Shown in pieces: positions 54,243 to 64,000 of a DNA stretch of 64,000 bases (position 1 is the stretch's first letter; every line of letters starts with the position of its first letter). The stretch covers positions 256,001 through 320,000 of the forward strand of contig CAVRBU010000003.1 in the NCBI GenBank assembly GCA_963719315.1, read 5' to 3'. Origin of the DNA: an uncultured Planctomycetota bacterium. Its GTDB lineage: Bacteria; Planctomycetota; Planctomycetia; Pirellulales; Lacipirellulaceae. The notes under the pieces are model-generated. The model did no database searches. It worked only from the letters and a program-made list of their open reading frames with translations, and was not told the origin of the DNA. The translations under genes and the position numbers were made by a program.

Positions 54243-54674
54243 CTACTTCACGTCGATGGGCGGAATCGCATTTTCGCCGCTGACGACTGTGCATTTTAAA
54301 CCCGAGGTATTTGGCTTTGCATACTTCGGCGGCAGCAGATTAGGACCGGAGCGAGTCTTCTCTTCGCCGACCATTTGCGCTGCCGGCAGTTCGACTGTGA
54401 TCGCGTAGTCACCGAGTGTCGCGCCATCGCCGGAGTGAAACGTCGTGAACACAAACGTCCCGTCCGGGCGCGATACCGCCATGGGCTTTTGGTTACCTTC
54501 AACGTCACCGCCGATGCGGTGCATCACGACCATCGCTTCCGCTAAGGGTTTGCCCTTGAACAACACTTGGACGTGCACTGGAGAACACACGGGGGCCTTT
54601 TTACCCGACGTACATCCGGCGAGCGAACAAACCAGGGCGATCGTGGTGCGGAATGTCGAACGTCGGATCAACAT
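54243..54674 (-). CDS. Small lipoprotein typically paired with DUF1559 (carboxypeptidase-regulatory-like fold)
   Basis: Lipobox LAGC; GKPL, DGTF, GDYAITV, LPPKY. Confidence 0.8.
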   Translation of the reverse strand: MLIRRSTFRTTIALVCSLAGCTSGKKAPVCSPVHVQVLFKGKPLAEAMVVMHRIGGDVEGNQKPMAVSRPDGTFVFTTFHSGDGATLGDYAITVELPAAQMVGEEKTRSGPNLLPPKYAKPNTSGLKCTVVSGENAIPPIDVK

Positions 54675-54743
54675 ATGGTGTGGGTAACGACTTCAATCGG
54701 TGAGCGCGGTTGGAGATAGCGCAGGATGTAAAGGTGCTGTCGG

Positions 54744-55721
54744 CTATTCCGGCTGCTTTTGGAACTCGCCACCGGCGCGCGTTACCATCTCGGCCAGCGT
54801 GCGAAGTTCGACTGAGTCGCTCATCGTGCGGACGGAGCCGTCAGCGAATGTGAAGATCGCCGTCCCAGGATGGAAACTATAGAAACAGTGCCCCCATTCG
54901 TTCGAGTTGTTAATCGAGACGGCGCCGGGAATAGTGGATTTGTCCTGTGCCGTGCGCTGCCCGATTTCGTAGGGATTGTCGGATGTGGCCCAGGCCCCGC
55001 CGCGCGCTCGGATATTCGCGGCGTAATCGAGATCGGACTTTACACCGCGTCGCCAGATGTCTTCGCGGCCGGCACATTCGCCGAGCATGATGCTATGCGA
55101 CGTGCCGTCGGTAATTTTGGAGATACGATTGCTCGGGTTCGCATCGGTCTGCCAACAGATGACACCCCGCAAATCTTGGGTCGTCAACAATTGTTGGTCC
55201 GCCGACAACACATTGTTGATAGCGATATTCACACCAGCGGGTGTGAAGTAATCGCCGCACGCGCCGGTCTTGTTCACCGGCGAGTCGGGTTTGTCCTCAA
55301 AGCGCCGCTGATCGGGCGAGGAGGGACACAACAGAACTGGCAGGAAGTGTTGCACGATCGTGCGGTTACCCGCTGTGCCGTCGGCTTTATCTCGCCACCA
55401 GTCCTCTGTCAGGTCATTGCCTTGAACCACGTTCCCTTCTTCTAAATAAGGGAGCACAAACGGTGCCCAAGCGTTCGTGCCATGGGCGGGTGCGACCGGC
55501 TTGATGTACGCCAGCGGAAATTCCTTCTTTGTCGCCTCATAATTCAAAAATGCGATCCCTAGTTGCTTGAGATTGTTCTGGCACTGGCTGCGTCGGGCCG
55601 CCTCGCGAGCCGCCTGGACTGCGGGCAGTAATAGCGCCACCAGGATGCCGATGATCGCAATCACCACCAGCAGCTCGACGAGCGTGAATCCGTTGCGACG
55701 CAAACTACGAATGCTGTTCAT
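54744..55721 (-). CDS. DUF1559 prepilin-type N-terminal cleavage/methylation protein
   Basis: GFTLVELLVVIAIIGILVALLLPAVQAAREAARR..C.NNLKQ, ITDGTSH, HPGTAIFTFADGSV. Confidence 0.95.
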   Translation of the reverse strand: MNSIRSLRRNGFTLVELLVVIAIIGILVALLLPAVQAAREAARRSQCQNNLKQLGIAFLNYEATKKEFPLAYIKPVAPAHGTNAWAPFVLPYLEEGNVVQGNDLTEDWWRDKADGTAGNRTIVQHFLPVLLCPSSPDQRRFEDKPDSPVNKTGACGDYFTPAGVNIAINNVLSADQQLLTTQDLRGVICWQTDANPSNRISKITDGTSHSIMLGECAGREDIWRRGVKSDLDYAANIRARGGAWATSDNPYEIGQRTAQDKSTIPGAVSINNSNEWGHCFYSFHPGTAIFTFADGSVRTMSDSVELRTLAEMVTRAGGEFQKQPE

Positions 55722-55980
55722 TACCGATAGATTCCTGTCTAATATTAAAGTACGAGACGCACGTTCAATCCTAGAAACCACCGTTGCCTCTGCTATGTTT
55801 TGCGTCATGGCGGGCGGCATGGCAACGCGTAATCGTGTGCTGGTTTTGCAGGAAGCCGCTCGATGCTGAACGGATCGACGAGGCGTCGGTTTTTTCGACA
55901 GCAATCGAGAAAGCGCCTCCACCTCGCGAAGGCGAGTTCCGAGCAACCCGGCCCCTTCCCAAAAGGAGAGGGAGAATTCG

Positions 55981-57399
55981 ATGCGTTGGCCCATTCGCAA
56001 CCAAATCATGTTTCCGTTGCTAGCGGTGGCGATCGTCAGCCTGACGGCAGTCGGCCGCGATCAACGCCGTGCTGGCCGAGCGGCGAACGTGCACTCGCGT
56101 CGAACAGCAGTTGCGGCAAGTGATTGGGGTGCTAACGACTTCGTCGTTTCCGCTGACAAATCCGTGCTGCGACAGATGCGCGATTTGTCGAGCGCTGAAT
56201 TCGTATTGACCGATCCGGCGGGTGTGATTGCTGCATCCACACTGCCGGAAGGCTGCGCCTTTGCCCGAGCAAGCGGTAACGATGCGAATTCAAGACGTGC
56301 ACCTGGGACCGTCGGCGGAGGTGGGCGGTCGCTGGTATTTTCACACGCCGGTGAAACTGCCGGTCGGCTCCGCGGCCGGCCGGAACGGCGTGCTCCACGT
56401 GTTGTTTCCGCAGGACGAGTACCGGCGGGCGTGGCGGCAGGCGTTTGTGCCGTCATTCATCGTGGGGGCCGTGACGTCGCTGGTACTGGCGGCTGTCGCA
56501 TGGGCGCTGGCGAACCGCATGGGTCGCGCGATCGCTCGGCTGCGTGAAGAAGTGATGCGGATCGCCCGCGGTGATTTTCGCGAGGTGAAACTGCCTCGAT
56601 CGATGATGAGATCCGCGACCTGTCGGCGGCCGTCAATCGCACGGCCGAGATGCTGGCCGAGTACGAACAGCAGGTTCGGCGATCGGAACAAATGCGAACG
56701 CTGACGATGCTTGGCGCGAGCCTCGCCCATCAGTTGCGGAATGCAGTCACAGGCTGCCGAATGGCGCTCGACCTGCACGCGGCCGATTGCCGTGCAAGCG
56801 ACCGTGGGCGAGTGTTTGGACGTTGCCCAGCGGCAGTTGCGGCTGATGGAGAGCCAGTTGCAGCGGTTTCTGCGGATCGGAAACCGGCCGACAGAAATTG
56901 TAAAGCGCGATGTCGATCTGGGCGATCTCGTGGAAGAGTTATTGCCACTCGTGCGACCGGCGGCACAACATGCGGGCGTGGCGCTCGATTGTCGCATTTC
57001 GTCGGCAGCATCTTTCCGTCAGCGGCGATGAAGAGGCGCTGAGCCAGGTCGTGTTAAACTTGTTGCTCAACGCGGTGGAAGCGGCCCAGCAGGACGGCAT
57101 CGACCGGCCGGGGCAGAGTCGAGTGTGTGTCGAAGTTGACACGACGGCGAACGACGACGCGGAAATCGTAATCAGCGATTCGGGGCAGGACCGGCCGAGT
57201 CGGTCGCGGCGTCGCTTTTCGAGCCATTTGTGACGAGCAAAACGGAAGGGGCGGGCTTGGGTCTGGCCGTGGCAAAGGATGTCGTTAAGGCTCATGGCGG
57301 ATCGATCGGTTGGAACAGAGAACAGGCATGACGCGGTTTCGCGTCGCGATTCCTTTGATAAAGAATGGGTGCGCGAGTGTCCAGAATACTTATTGTTGA
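55981..57399 (+). CDS. HAMP-domain sensor histidine kinase, several frameshifts
   Basis: LAHQLRN H-box, QVVLNLLLNA N-box, ISDSG, FEPFVTSKTEGAGLGLAV, spread over successive frames. Confidence 0.8.
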
Positions 57400-58784
57400 T
57401 GATGAGCCTTCGATTTCCTGGGGCTTGTCGCGATTGGCGCGAAGCATGGGGCATGAAGTGGATGTGGCGCCTCGGCGGAAGAAGGACTGTGCCTTGCGGC
57501 TGCGTCTCGCCACGATGTGTTGATTCTCGACGTGCGGCTACCCGGCATGGACGGGTTGACGGCCATGGAATCGTTCGGCCGACACTGGGCGGTGCGCCGA
57601 TCATCGTGATCACGGCGTTTGGCGATCTGGCGACGGCGATAGACGCGATCAATAAGGGGGCGTTCGAGTACGTCGTGAAGCCGTTCGACGTGGCGGAGAT
57701 TCGCGCGGTGATCGAGCGCGCGTTGCGCGTCGAGCCGACGCGGAGCCAACTCCATCGAACAACACACTAGACGGCATGTTGGGTCGCACGCCGGCGATGC
57801 AGAACGTGTTCAAGAAGATCGCGCTGGCGGCGAATTCCGATGCGTCGGTGCTGCTGCGTGGTCGAAAGCGGGGTGGGTAAGGAACTGGCCGCGACGGCGA
57901 TTCACCGCAACAGCGAGTGGCGACACGGGCCGCTGGTAGCAGTGAGCTTCGGTGCACTCGATTCTGGCATGATTGAGAGCGAGCTTTTCGGTCAGGTCGA
58001 TAGCGGAACGACAACTTCGGCGGGTGCCCGGCCCGGCCTCTTGCATCAAGCGCACGGCGGAACGTTGTTTATTGATGAAGTCGCCGACATTCCCCTGCCT
58101 TTGCAGATGAAACTACTGCGAGTGTTGGACCGCCTGGAAGTGTTGCCCGTGGGAGCCGAAGCGCCGCTGCGGTCGCGGTTCCGCGTCATCTCGGCCACGC
58201 AGCACGATCTGCGCAAGAAAGTCGAAGCGGGCGAATTTCGACACGACCTGTTCTTCCGGTTATGCACGTTCGAAATCGACCTGCCGCCGCTCCGCGATAG
58301 GCGGGACGACATCTCACTCCTCGCCCAGCATTTCGCATTGCAGATTAGCGGCCAACCGGTATCTTTTGCCGAAGAAACGCTGGCTGAACTCGAATGCCGG
58401 CCATGGTATGGCAACGTCCGCGAGCTGCGAGGCGCGATCGAGCACGCGCTCGTGCCAGCGCGGCGCGGCGCTGTGATGCCGGAACATCTGCCGACGGCGC
58501 TGCCGAATCGGCGTCACTCGCCGCAGAATGCATTGCCCACGCCATCAACCGATCTCGCGAGCGCGATCTCTCAGATTACACGGCAACTGCTGGCCGACCC
58601 CGCGACGGCGGGCGACGTTTACGATCGATTCCTGCAACAAGTCGAGCCGCCGCTCTTGGCAACTGTAATGAGCAAATGCGGCCAACGCTGCGCCACGGCC
58701 GCCCGCGTGCTCGGTTTGCATCGCACGACGCTTAGGAAGAAGCTGACGCAGTATGAAATCGAAGAAGCTGCTGTCGACAGTTGA
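57377..58784 (+). CDS. NtrC-family response regulator (REC-AAA-Fis HTH), frameshifted, GAFTGA motif absent
   Basis: ILIVDDE, LDVRLPGMDG, KPFD, ESGVGKE, GGTLFIDEV, FRHDLFFRL, WYGNVREL, LGLHRTTLRKKL. Confidence 0.85.
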
Positions 58785-58814
58785 CCTTTGTGCGGCAGAA
58801 TAGAGAACCTAAAG

Positions 58815-59360
58815 TCACCCGCCAAATAGCCGATGCAGTCCATGCAAGTCGCTCTCGCCTAAAACCTTCCAGACAAACGGAGCGATGCCGCCCGTGAGAA
58901 CGCAAAGCGGCAATATCCCAATGCGAATGAAGTAAAGATCCCCTTTAGTGGGCGACGTAGGTCGACGAGTGACGATCATCAGAGTACTGATCCACTGGCT
59001 TAGAATTGCAACGCCGAAGAAGCTGAACGCTCGCCCTCCGTCCAGCAGCAACGCCAACGGTATGCCTAAGAGCGATTGCGCGAACGCGGCTTCTCTAAAA
59101 GCCGACCAGTAAAGCGGTGAAATTCCGTGCAACCCTGGCTGCGGCAGCACCGCGACCGGTTTTGGGCGATTCTGTTCGACGTACAGGATGTAACCAGTGG
59201 CATGGATACACGCCATGATGACGACGAAAAGGGCAGTGCACCAAATCGCCAACTCGATGTTTTGGCTCGACCAATGCGAAAAAACAAATCCGGCGCCGAC
59301 GAAGGAGATAATGACGAATGAAGTTGCGACGGATAGTCGAGCGTGCGCGGCCATCATCAT
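58815..59360 (-). CDS. Hypothetical membrane protein
   Basis: About 5 hydrophobic helices. Confidence 0.6.
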   Translation of the reverse strand: MMMAAHARLSVATSFVIISFVGAGFVFSHWSSQNIELAIWCTALFVVIMACIHATGYILYVEQNRPKPVAVLPQPGLHGISPLYWSAFREAAFAQSLLGIPLALLLDGGRAFSFFGVAILSQWISTLMIVTRRPTSPTKGDLYFIRIGILPLCVLTGGIAPFVWKVLGESDLHGLHRLFGG

Positions 59361-59414
59361 TATATTCCTTATCAGGCGCGCTTAAGGAATTGGTTTACTC
59401 ACACGCCAGATTCA

Positions 59415-59753
59415 TCACCTAGCCTGTTCTACAAGTTCCAATTTGAGTCCGAGTGCGGCAACGACTGCCTCGATATTCGCGATTGTGACCTCACGCCCGT
59501 ACTCAACATCGCGGACAACATTAGCACTTGGAATACCGGCCCTTTGAGCAAGAGAATTCCAGGTCAATCCCTGGGCTTCTCGCGCCGCGCGGATTTGGGT
59601 TCCGATTCCCACCGTGGCAGGTTGCAGCAGCGCCGGATCGCGAGGAGGGAATTCCTCCATCAGCTTCTCGCGGACTTCTCGTAGGCGTTGCCGCTCTTCG
59701 TCGCTTTGCGGTCCTGGAGAATCAATGCGGCCGGTGATTTGCTTATTTTGCAT
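59415..59753 (-). CDS. XRE-family HTH protein (putative antitoxin)
   Basis: IRAAREAQGLT...LAQRAGI....VRDVEYG...ALGLKLEL. Confidence 0.8.
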   Translation of the reverse strand: MQNKQITGRIDSPGPQSDEERQRLREVREKLMEEFPPRDPALLQPATVGIGTQIRAAREAQGLTWNSLAQRAGIPSANVVRDVEYGREVTIANIEAVVAALGLKLELVEQAR

Positions 59754-59762
59754 TTCGGCACT

Positions 59763-59921
59763 TTATGGGCACGGTCGACCGGAACTGCGACTTTTACCCT
59801 CCGCACTCGGATTTTCGAGGACGTATTCAACGTCGTCGATCGTTAGGCCATGCTCCGCGATATGTCGAACGTTACCGTCTGGATTCTCTTCGTCATCTCA
59901 GATGAATCGCACGTATCTCAT
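59763..59921 (-). pseudogene. BrnT-like toxin remnant
   Basis: [37 protein letters not shown]...SRSSGRP: TGA at codon 8 and a short 3' end. Confidence 0.6.
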
Positions 59922-59982
59922 CGGGAAATCTGCCCCGGTGTCTAATTATAGCACCTAGCAAAGTTGAGTAAGAAAAGCGATC

Positions 59983-61797
59983 CTAAAGGAGGTCATCCAA
60001 CTCATCAACCAGCCGCTCAAAATAAGAAAGTGCCGTGTCGACCGGTTCCGGCTTCGTCATATCGACACCGGCATCCTTCAAGAGATCGAGCGGCCATTGC
60101 GAGCAGCCGCCTTGGAGGAAGGAGAGGTAGTCGTTGAGCTCGGTTTTGCCGCCGTTTACGACGCGTTCGCTCAGCGCGATCGCGGCGGAGAGGCCGGTGG
60201 CGTATTTGTAGACGTAGAAGGCGTGGTAGAAGTGGGGGATTCGCAGACATTCGAGCTTGAGTTGATCGTCGATGACGAAGTCGGGTCCGAAATAATCGGC
60301 CAAGAGTTTGTGGTATTCGTTTTTGAGCGTTTCAACTGTGAGCGGCTCACCGGCTTCGACCAGCGCATGCGACACCTTTTCGAACTCGGCGAACATCGTT
60401 TGGCGGATGATCGTGCCGCGGATAGCGTCGATTTCGCGATTGATGAGGTACGCGCGCTGTTTGGTTCCGCGACCGGCGGTCGCGGCATTATGCATGAGGT
60501 GGCGGCTTAGGAGTTGCTCGTTGAACGTGCTGGCGACCTCGGCCACGAAGATCGTGTAGTTGTAGTATTGGTACGGCTGATGCTTGGCCGAGTAATGCGT
60601 ATGCATCGAGTGGCCGGCTTCGTGGGCCAGCGTGAAGACGTGGTCGAGCACATCCGGCTGGTAGTTCATGAGGATGTACGGCCAGCCTTTATACGAACCC
60701 GAGCTGAACGCGCCGCTGCGTTTGCCCTGGTTGGGGTAGCGGTCGCACCAGCGGCCGGCGAGGCCGTCGTGAAGCTCGCGGCAGTAGTCGTCGCCGAGCG
60801 GTTCGAGGGCGGCCACGACGACATCGCACGCCTGCTTCCACGTGTGCTTGGTATCGAGTTCGCTGAGGATCGGCACGTAGGTGTCATAGTGGTGCAGGTC
60901 GCGCAGCTTCATCTTCTTGCGGCGGACTTCGAGGTATTTGTAGATTGCCGGGAGTTTGCCACGGACGGCGGCGATCAGGGTGTCGTACACCGCGACGGGG
61001 ACGTTGTCGTGGAACAGCGAGCCTTCGCGGGCACTGGGGTAGTTACGGGCCTTGGCGTAGTAGACGTCTTTTTGTACGGAGCTCGAATAGGCGGCAGCCA
61101 GCGAGTTCTCGTGCCCTTGAAACTGAGCGTAGTATTGCTCGAACGCTTTGCGGCGCACGCTGCGGCTGGGCGAACGGAGGAAGCTCGAAAAGGAAGAATG
61201 GGAGAGCTCGACCGATTCGCCCTTCTCGTTTTTGCACATGCCGAACTTGAAATCGGCATCGGTGAGTTGGCGAAATACGCGGTCGGCCGCGTCAGCCATT
61301 TCGTGCTGCATTGCCAGCAGCTTTTCCTCGCCGGGGCCGAGTGTGTGAGGCTTATAGCGGATCAGCCGTTCGAGCTGCAATCGAAACGGTTTTAACTGCT
61401 TGGACTCGAGATACTCTTTTAATTTCTTATCGGAAAGCGCCAGGATTTCCGGGCGGATGAAGCTCGTGGCTTCGGCGGCGAGCGTGGCGGCGTGTTCGTA
61501 GCGGCCGCTCATCCGCTGGTAGCGGCTGTCGGCCATGTCCTCGGTCGTTTTCAGATGGGCATACGTGCCGAGCCGTTCGCCGGCCTGGTCGAATTCGCAA
61601 TCGAACTCGAAACATTTCGCCAGTGCGTCGGGGCCGTTACCGAGTGTGCCGCGGAATTTTTCGTAACGCGGGATTTGCCTTTCCCACGCAGCGAAGGCTT
61701 TTTCCCACTCGCCATCGCTTTTGAACAGGCTGGCGAGGTCCCAGGTGTCTTCGGGTTTGACTTGCTTGCGGGCGGGAAGTTTCTTGGTTTTGGACAT
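59983..61797 (-). CDS. pepF: Oligoendopeptidase F (M3B)
   Basis: TWDL, GKRSGAFS, TLAHEAGHSMH, FVAEVAS, RIPHFY, YVYKYATG. Confidence 0.93.
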   Translation of the reverse strand: MSKTKKLPARKQVKPEDTWDLASLFKSDGEWEKAFAAWERQIPRYEKFRGTLGNGPDALAKCFEFDCEFDQAGERLGTYAHLKTTEDMADSRYQRMSGRYEHAATLAAEATSFIRPEILALSDKKLKEYLESKQLKPFRLQLERLIRYKPHTLGPGEEKLLAMQHEMADAADRVFRQLTDADFKFGMCKNEKGESVELSHSSFSSFLRSPSRSVRRKAFEQYYAQFQGHENSLAAAYSSSVQKDVYYAKARNYPSAREGSLFHDNVPVAVYDTLIAAVRGKLPAIYKYLEVRRKKMKLRDLHHYDTYVPILSELDTKHTWKQACDVVVAALEPLGDDYCRELHDGLAGRWCDRYPNQGKRSGAFSSGSYKGWPYILMNYQPDVLDHVFTLAHEAGHSMHTHYSAKHQPYQYYNYTIFVAEVASTFNEQLLSRHLMHNAATAGRGTKQRAYLINREIDAIRGTIIRQTMFAEFEKVSHALVEAGEPLTVETLKNEYHKLLADYFGPDFVIDDQLKLECLRIPHFYHAFYVYKYATGLSAAIALSERVVNGGKTELNDYLSFLQGGCSQWPLDLLKDAGVDMTKPEPVDTALSYFERLVDELDDLL

Positions 61798-61804
61798 GTT
61801 GATG

Positions 61805-61897
61805 GTCCGTTGTCAGTAGTCCGTTGTCCGTTGGAAGGATCCATCGTCGCGCCGACTGCTACGAACGACGAACGACGAACGACGGACTACGGACAAA
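61805..61897. repeat. Inverted heptamer repeat hairpin, same family as 21824-21910
   Basis: GTCCGTTGTCAGTAGTCCGTTGTCCGTTG ... ACGAACGACGAACGACGAACGACGGACTACGGACAA. Confidence 0.8.
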
Positions 61898-61899
61898 TA

Positions 61900-62922
61900 C
61901 TACCACCGCATTAGTGCCGTGCCCCAGGCGAGGCCGCCGCCGAAGCCGCTCATCATGAGCAGGTCGCCCGGGCCGAAGCGGCCGGCGCGGAACGATTCAT
62001 CGAGGGCAATGGGGACGCTGCCGGCCGAGGTGTTTCCGTAGCGGTCGATGTGCGTTTCGCAGTTGTTGCGATCGATGGCCAGGGCGTCGGCAGCGGCGTC
62101 GAGGATACGAATGTTGGCCTGATGAAACAGCCACAGCTTCACATCGTCTGTCGTGAATCCGGCCGCGGCTAAGACCTCGCGCGACGAATCTTCCAAGAGA
62201 CGCACTGCCCACTTGAAGACGGGGCGGCCATCCATCTTCACGAACCATTCGGAGACCAAGGGCCTGCCAACGGCGATCGGCACGCGAGAGCCACCGGCGG
62301 GCCGAATCAAAAGCTGTTCGCCGGCCCCGTCGGCTCCCAGTGTGTACGACAATAATCCTTGTTCGGCGCTGCCCCGTGTGATGAGCACGGCGCCTGCGCC
62401 GTCGCCGAAAAGCGGGAAGGTCTTCTTGTCATCGGGGTTCATCACACGGCTGTTCGTATCGGCGCCGATCACCAGCGCAAACTGGCTGCAGCCCGTGGCG
62501 ACGTATTGCATGCCGGTGACCAGCGCATACATGAAACCGGCGCAGGCGGCCGAGACATCCATCGCGGCGCAGTTGAGTCCGAGGCGATCCTGCACGGCAG
62601 CGGCCGTGGCGGGGAGCAGATAGTCGGGCGAGAGCGTGCCGAGCACGAGCAAATCGATCCGGCTGCGGTCGACCCGCGCTGCGTCGAGGCATCGCTCGGC
62701 GGCGGCGAGCGCCATGTCGCTGGTGGCGATTTCTGGCGGCGCGTGGCGGCGTTCGCGGATGCCCGTGCGTTGGATGATCCAGTCCGCATCGCAACCGAGC
62801 GACGCCAGATCGTCGTTGGTAACGACCTTCTCAGGCACGTAGCTGCCGGTGCCGATAATCTGCACGCCGGTAAGCCGCCGCAGAGGCGAGCGGACAGGAG
62901 TCAGTAATTCGGCGTCACTCAT
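61900..62922 (-). CDS. fabH: Beta-ketoacyl-ACP synthase III
   Basis: GTGSYVP, RTGIRERR, AACAGF, FGDGAGA, HQAN, YGNTSAGS, GFGGGLAWG. Confidence 0.93.
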   Translation of the reverse strand: MSDAELLTPVRSPLRRLTGVQIIGTGSYVPEKVVTNDDLASLGCDADWIIQRTGIRERRHAPPEIATSDMALAAAERCLDAARVDRSRIDLLVLGTLSPDYLLPATAAAVQDRLGLNCAAMDVSAACAGFMYALVTGMQYVATGCSQFALVIGADTNSRVMNPDDKKTFPLFGDGAGAVLITRGSAEQGLLSYTLGADGAGEQLLIRPAGGSRVPIAVGRPLVSEWFVKMDGRPVFKWAVRLLEDSSREVLAAAGFTTDDVKLWLFHQANIRILDAAADALAIDRNNCETHIDRYGNTSAGSVPIALDESFRAGRFGPGDLLMMSGFGGGLAWGTALMRW

Positions 62923-63168
62923 TGAAGGAGGCTGGGAGCAGGGGTCGGGGAGCAGGGAGGAAGAAAGGCAGTTTAGCTCGTTCCCTGCATCTTACGCATT
63001 GCGTTTGGAAGATAGTGTCAAACCAGAAGGTTAAGGGTCCGCGGCATTTTGGGCAAGGGCGATGCGGGGTCGGCATAGCTGAAGTCGCACGACATCAGAT
63101 TGAAATCAGAGATTGTCGGAATTCTTGCGAATTCCGCGACGGCGAATTAGGATCTCGCGTGAGTCACG

Positions 63169-64000
63169 TCACTCCGCAATCTTGCCGGGGGGTCGCACCT
63201 CGCTGCCTTGGCGACCGGTGAGTGTGTCGCCCAACGCCGCGCGGGCTCTCTCGGCTTCCCGTTTGAATCGCGCCACGATCTTGGAGTGCGATTTGGAGAC
63301 ATCGGTCGCCTCGCCGACATCGTTCTTCAGATCGTACAACGCTAACTTGGTCTTGAGCTGCTTGTACGCGCCCGGATTGCCGCCGCGGCCGGCGGGTGTG
63401 CCATCGAGACTTCGATATCGGTGGGGTAAGACCAGCTTCCACCGGCGATCGCGCACGCCGCGCAATTCGCGATCGTAGTAACAGTACAAAACGTCGTGCG
63501 GACTTTGGGCGTCTTTCTCGCCGGCCATCAGGGGCCAGATGTCTTTGCCGTCGATCACGCGGTCGGTCGGCATTTCGGCGCCGATGAGTTTGGCGACCGT
63601 GGGGAACACGTCGAGTGTAGAGGCAAGTTCGTCGCACTTCGTGCCGGCGGGGATTTTTCCGGGCCAGCGCATGACGCACGGTTCGCGGTAGCCGCCCTCC
63701 CACATGGTGCCCTTCCCTTCGCGCAAGGGCCCGGCCGAGCCGGCGTGATTTCCGTACGTGAGCCAAGGTCCGTTGTCGGAGGTGAAGAGCACGAGCGTGT
63801 CTTCATCGAGGCCGTTGCGTTGGATGGCATCCAGAATTTGGCCCACCGACCAATCGAGCTCCATCACGACGTCGCCGAATAGGCCGGCGCCGCTTTTGTC
63901 TTTGAATTGTTCGGAGACTGCCAGCGGAACGTGGACCATCGTGTGCGGCACGTACAGAAGGAACGGCTGATTCTTATGGCGGTCGATAAAACTGACGGCG
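63169..64000 (-). CDS. Sulfatase (arylsulfatase-like), 5' end outside the window
   Basis: PFLLYVPHTMVHVP, DWSVG, FTSDNGP, LREGKGTMWEGGYREP, LYDLKNDVGE. Confidence 0.9.
   Translation of the reverse strand, partial: AVSFIDRHKNQPFLLYVPHTMVHVPLAVSEQFKDKSGAGLFGDVVMELDWSVGQILDAIQRNGLDEDTLVLFTSDNGPWLTYGNHAGSAGPLREGKGTMWEGGYREPCVMRWPGKIPAGTKCDELASTLDVFPTVAKLIGAEMPTDRVIDGKDIWPLMAGEKDAQSPHDVLYCYYDRELRGVRDRRWKLVLPHRYRSLDGTPAGRGGNPGAYKQLKTKLALYDLKNDVGEATDVSKSHSKIVARFKREAERARAALGDTLTGRQGSEVRPPGKIAE

Overview
GC-rich bacterial chromosome segment, almost certainly from a Planctomycete (Pirellulales/Lacipirellulaceae-like), judged from the DUF1559 prepilin-like gene, DUF1570, four tandem PEP-CTERM proteins and a sulfatase. 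Core genes are pilT, hisF, a DinG/YoaA helicase, thiG/thiS, tRNA-His(GTG), pepF and fabH. Many long genes are split by single-base indels, most likely long-read consensus errors, so the ORF track fragments real genes. Main points: (1) a chromosomal integron at ~45.7-52.0 kb that the ORF track does not show, with attI, four complete and one half attC site, about six cassettes, two IS elements and an IntI integrase cut off by a REP-like palindrome; (2) a convergent cluster of a di-heme-b-like membrane protein, a decaheme, a pentaheme and a beta-barrel that could form an envelope-spanning electron conduit; (3) a dinG-hisF interval holding two different cargo blocks separated by divergent copies of the dinG 3' end and the hisF 5' end; (4) many REP-like palindromes and heptamer-repeat hairpins, some inserted in frame in proteins, some supplying stop codons, and one pair bracketing a four-helix-bundle gene; (5) several atypical signalling or ATPase proteins. 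All family assignments come from motif recognition by eye; no database searches were run.
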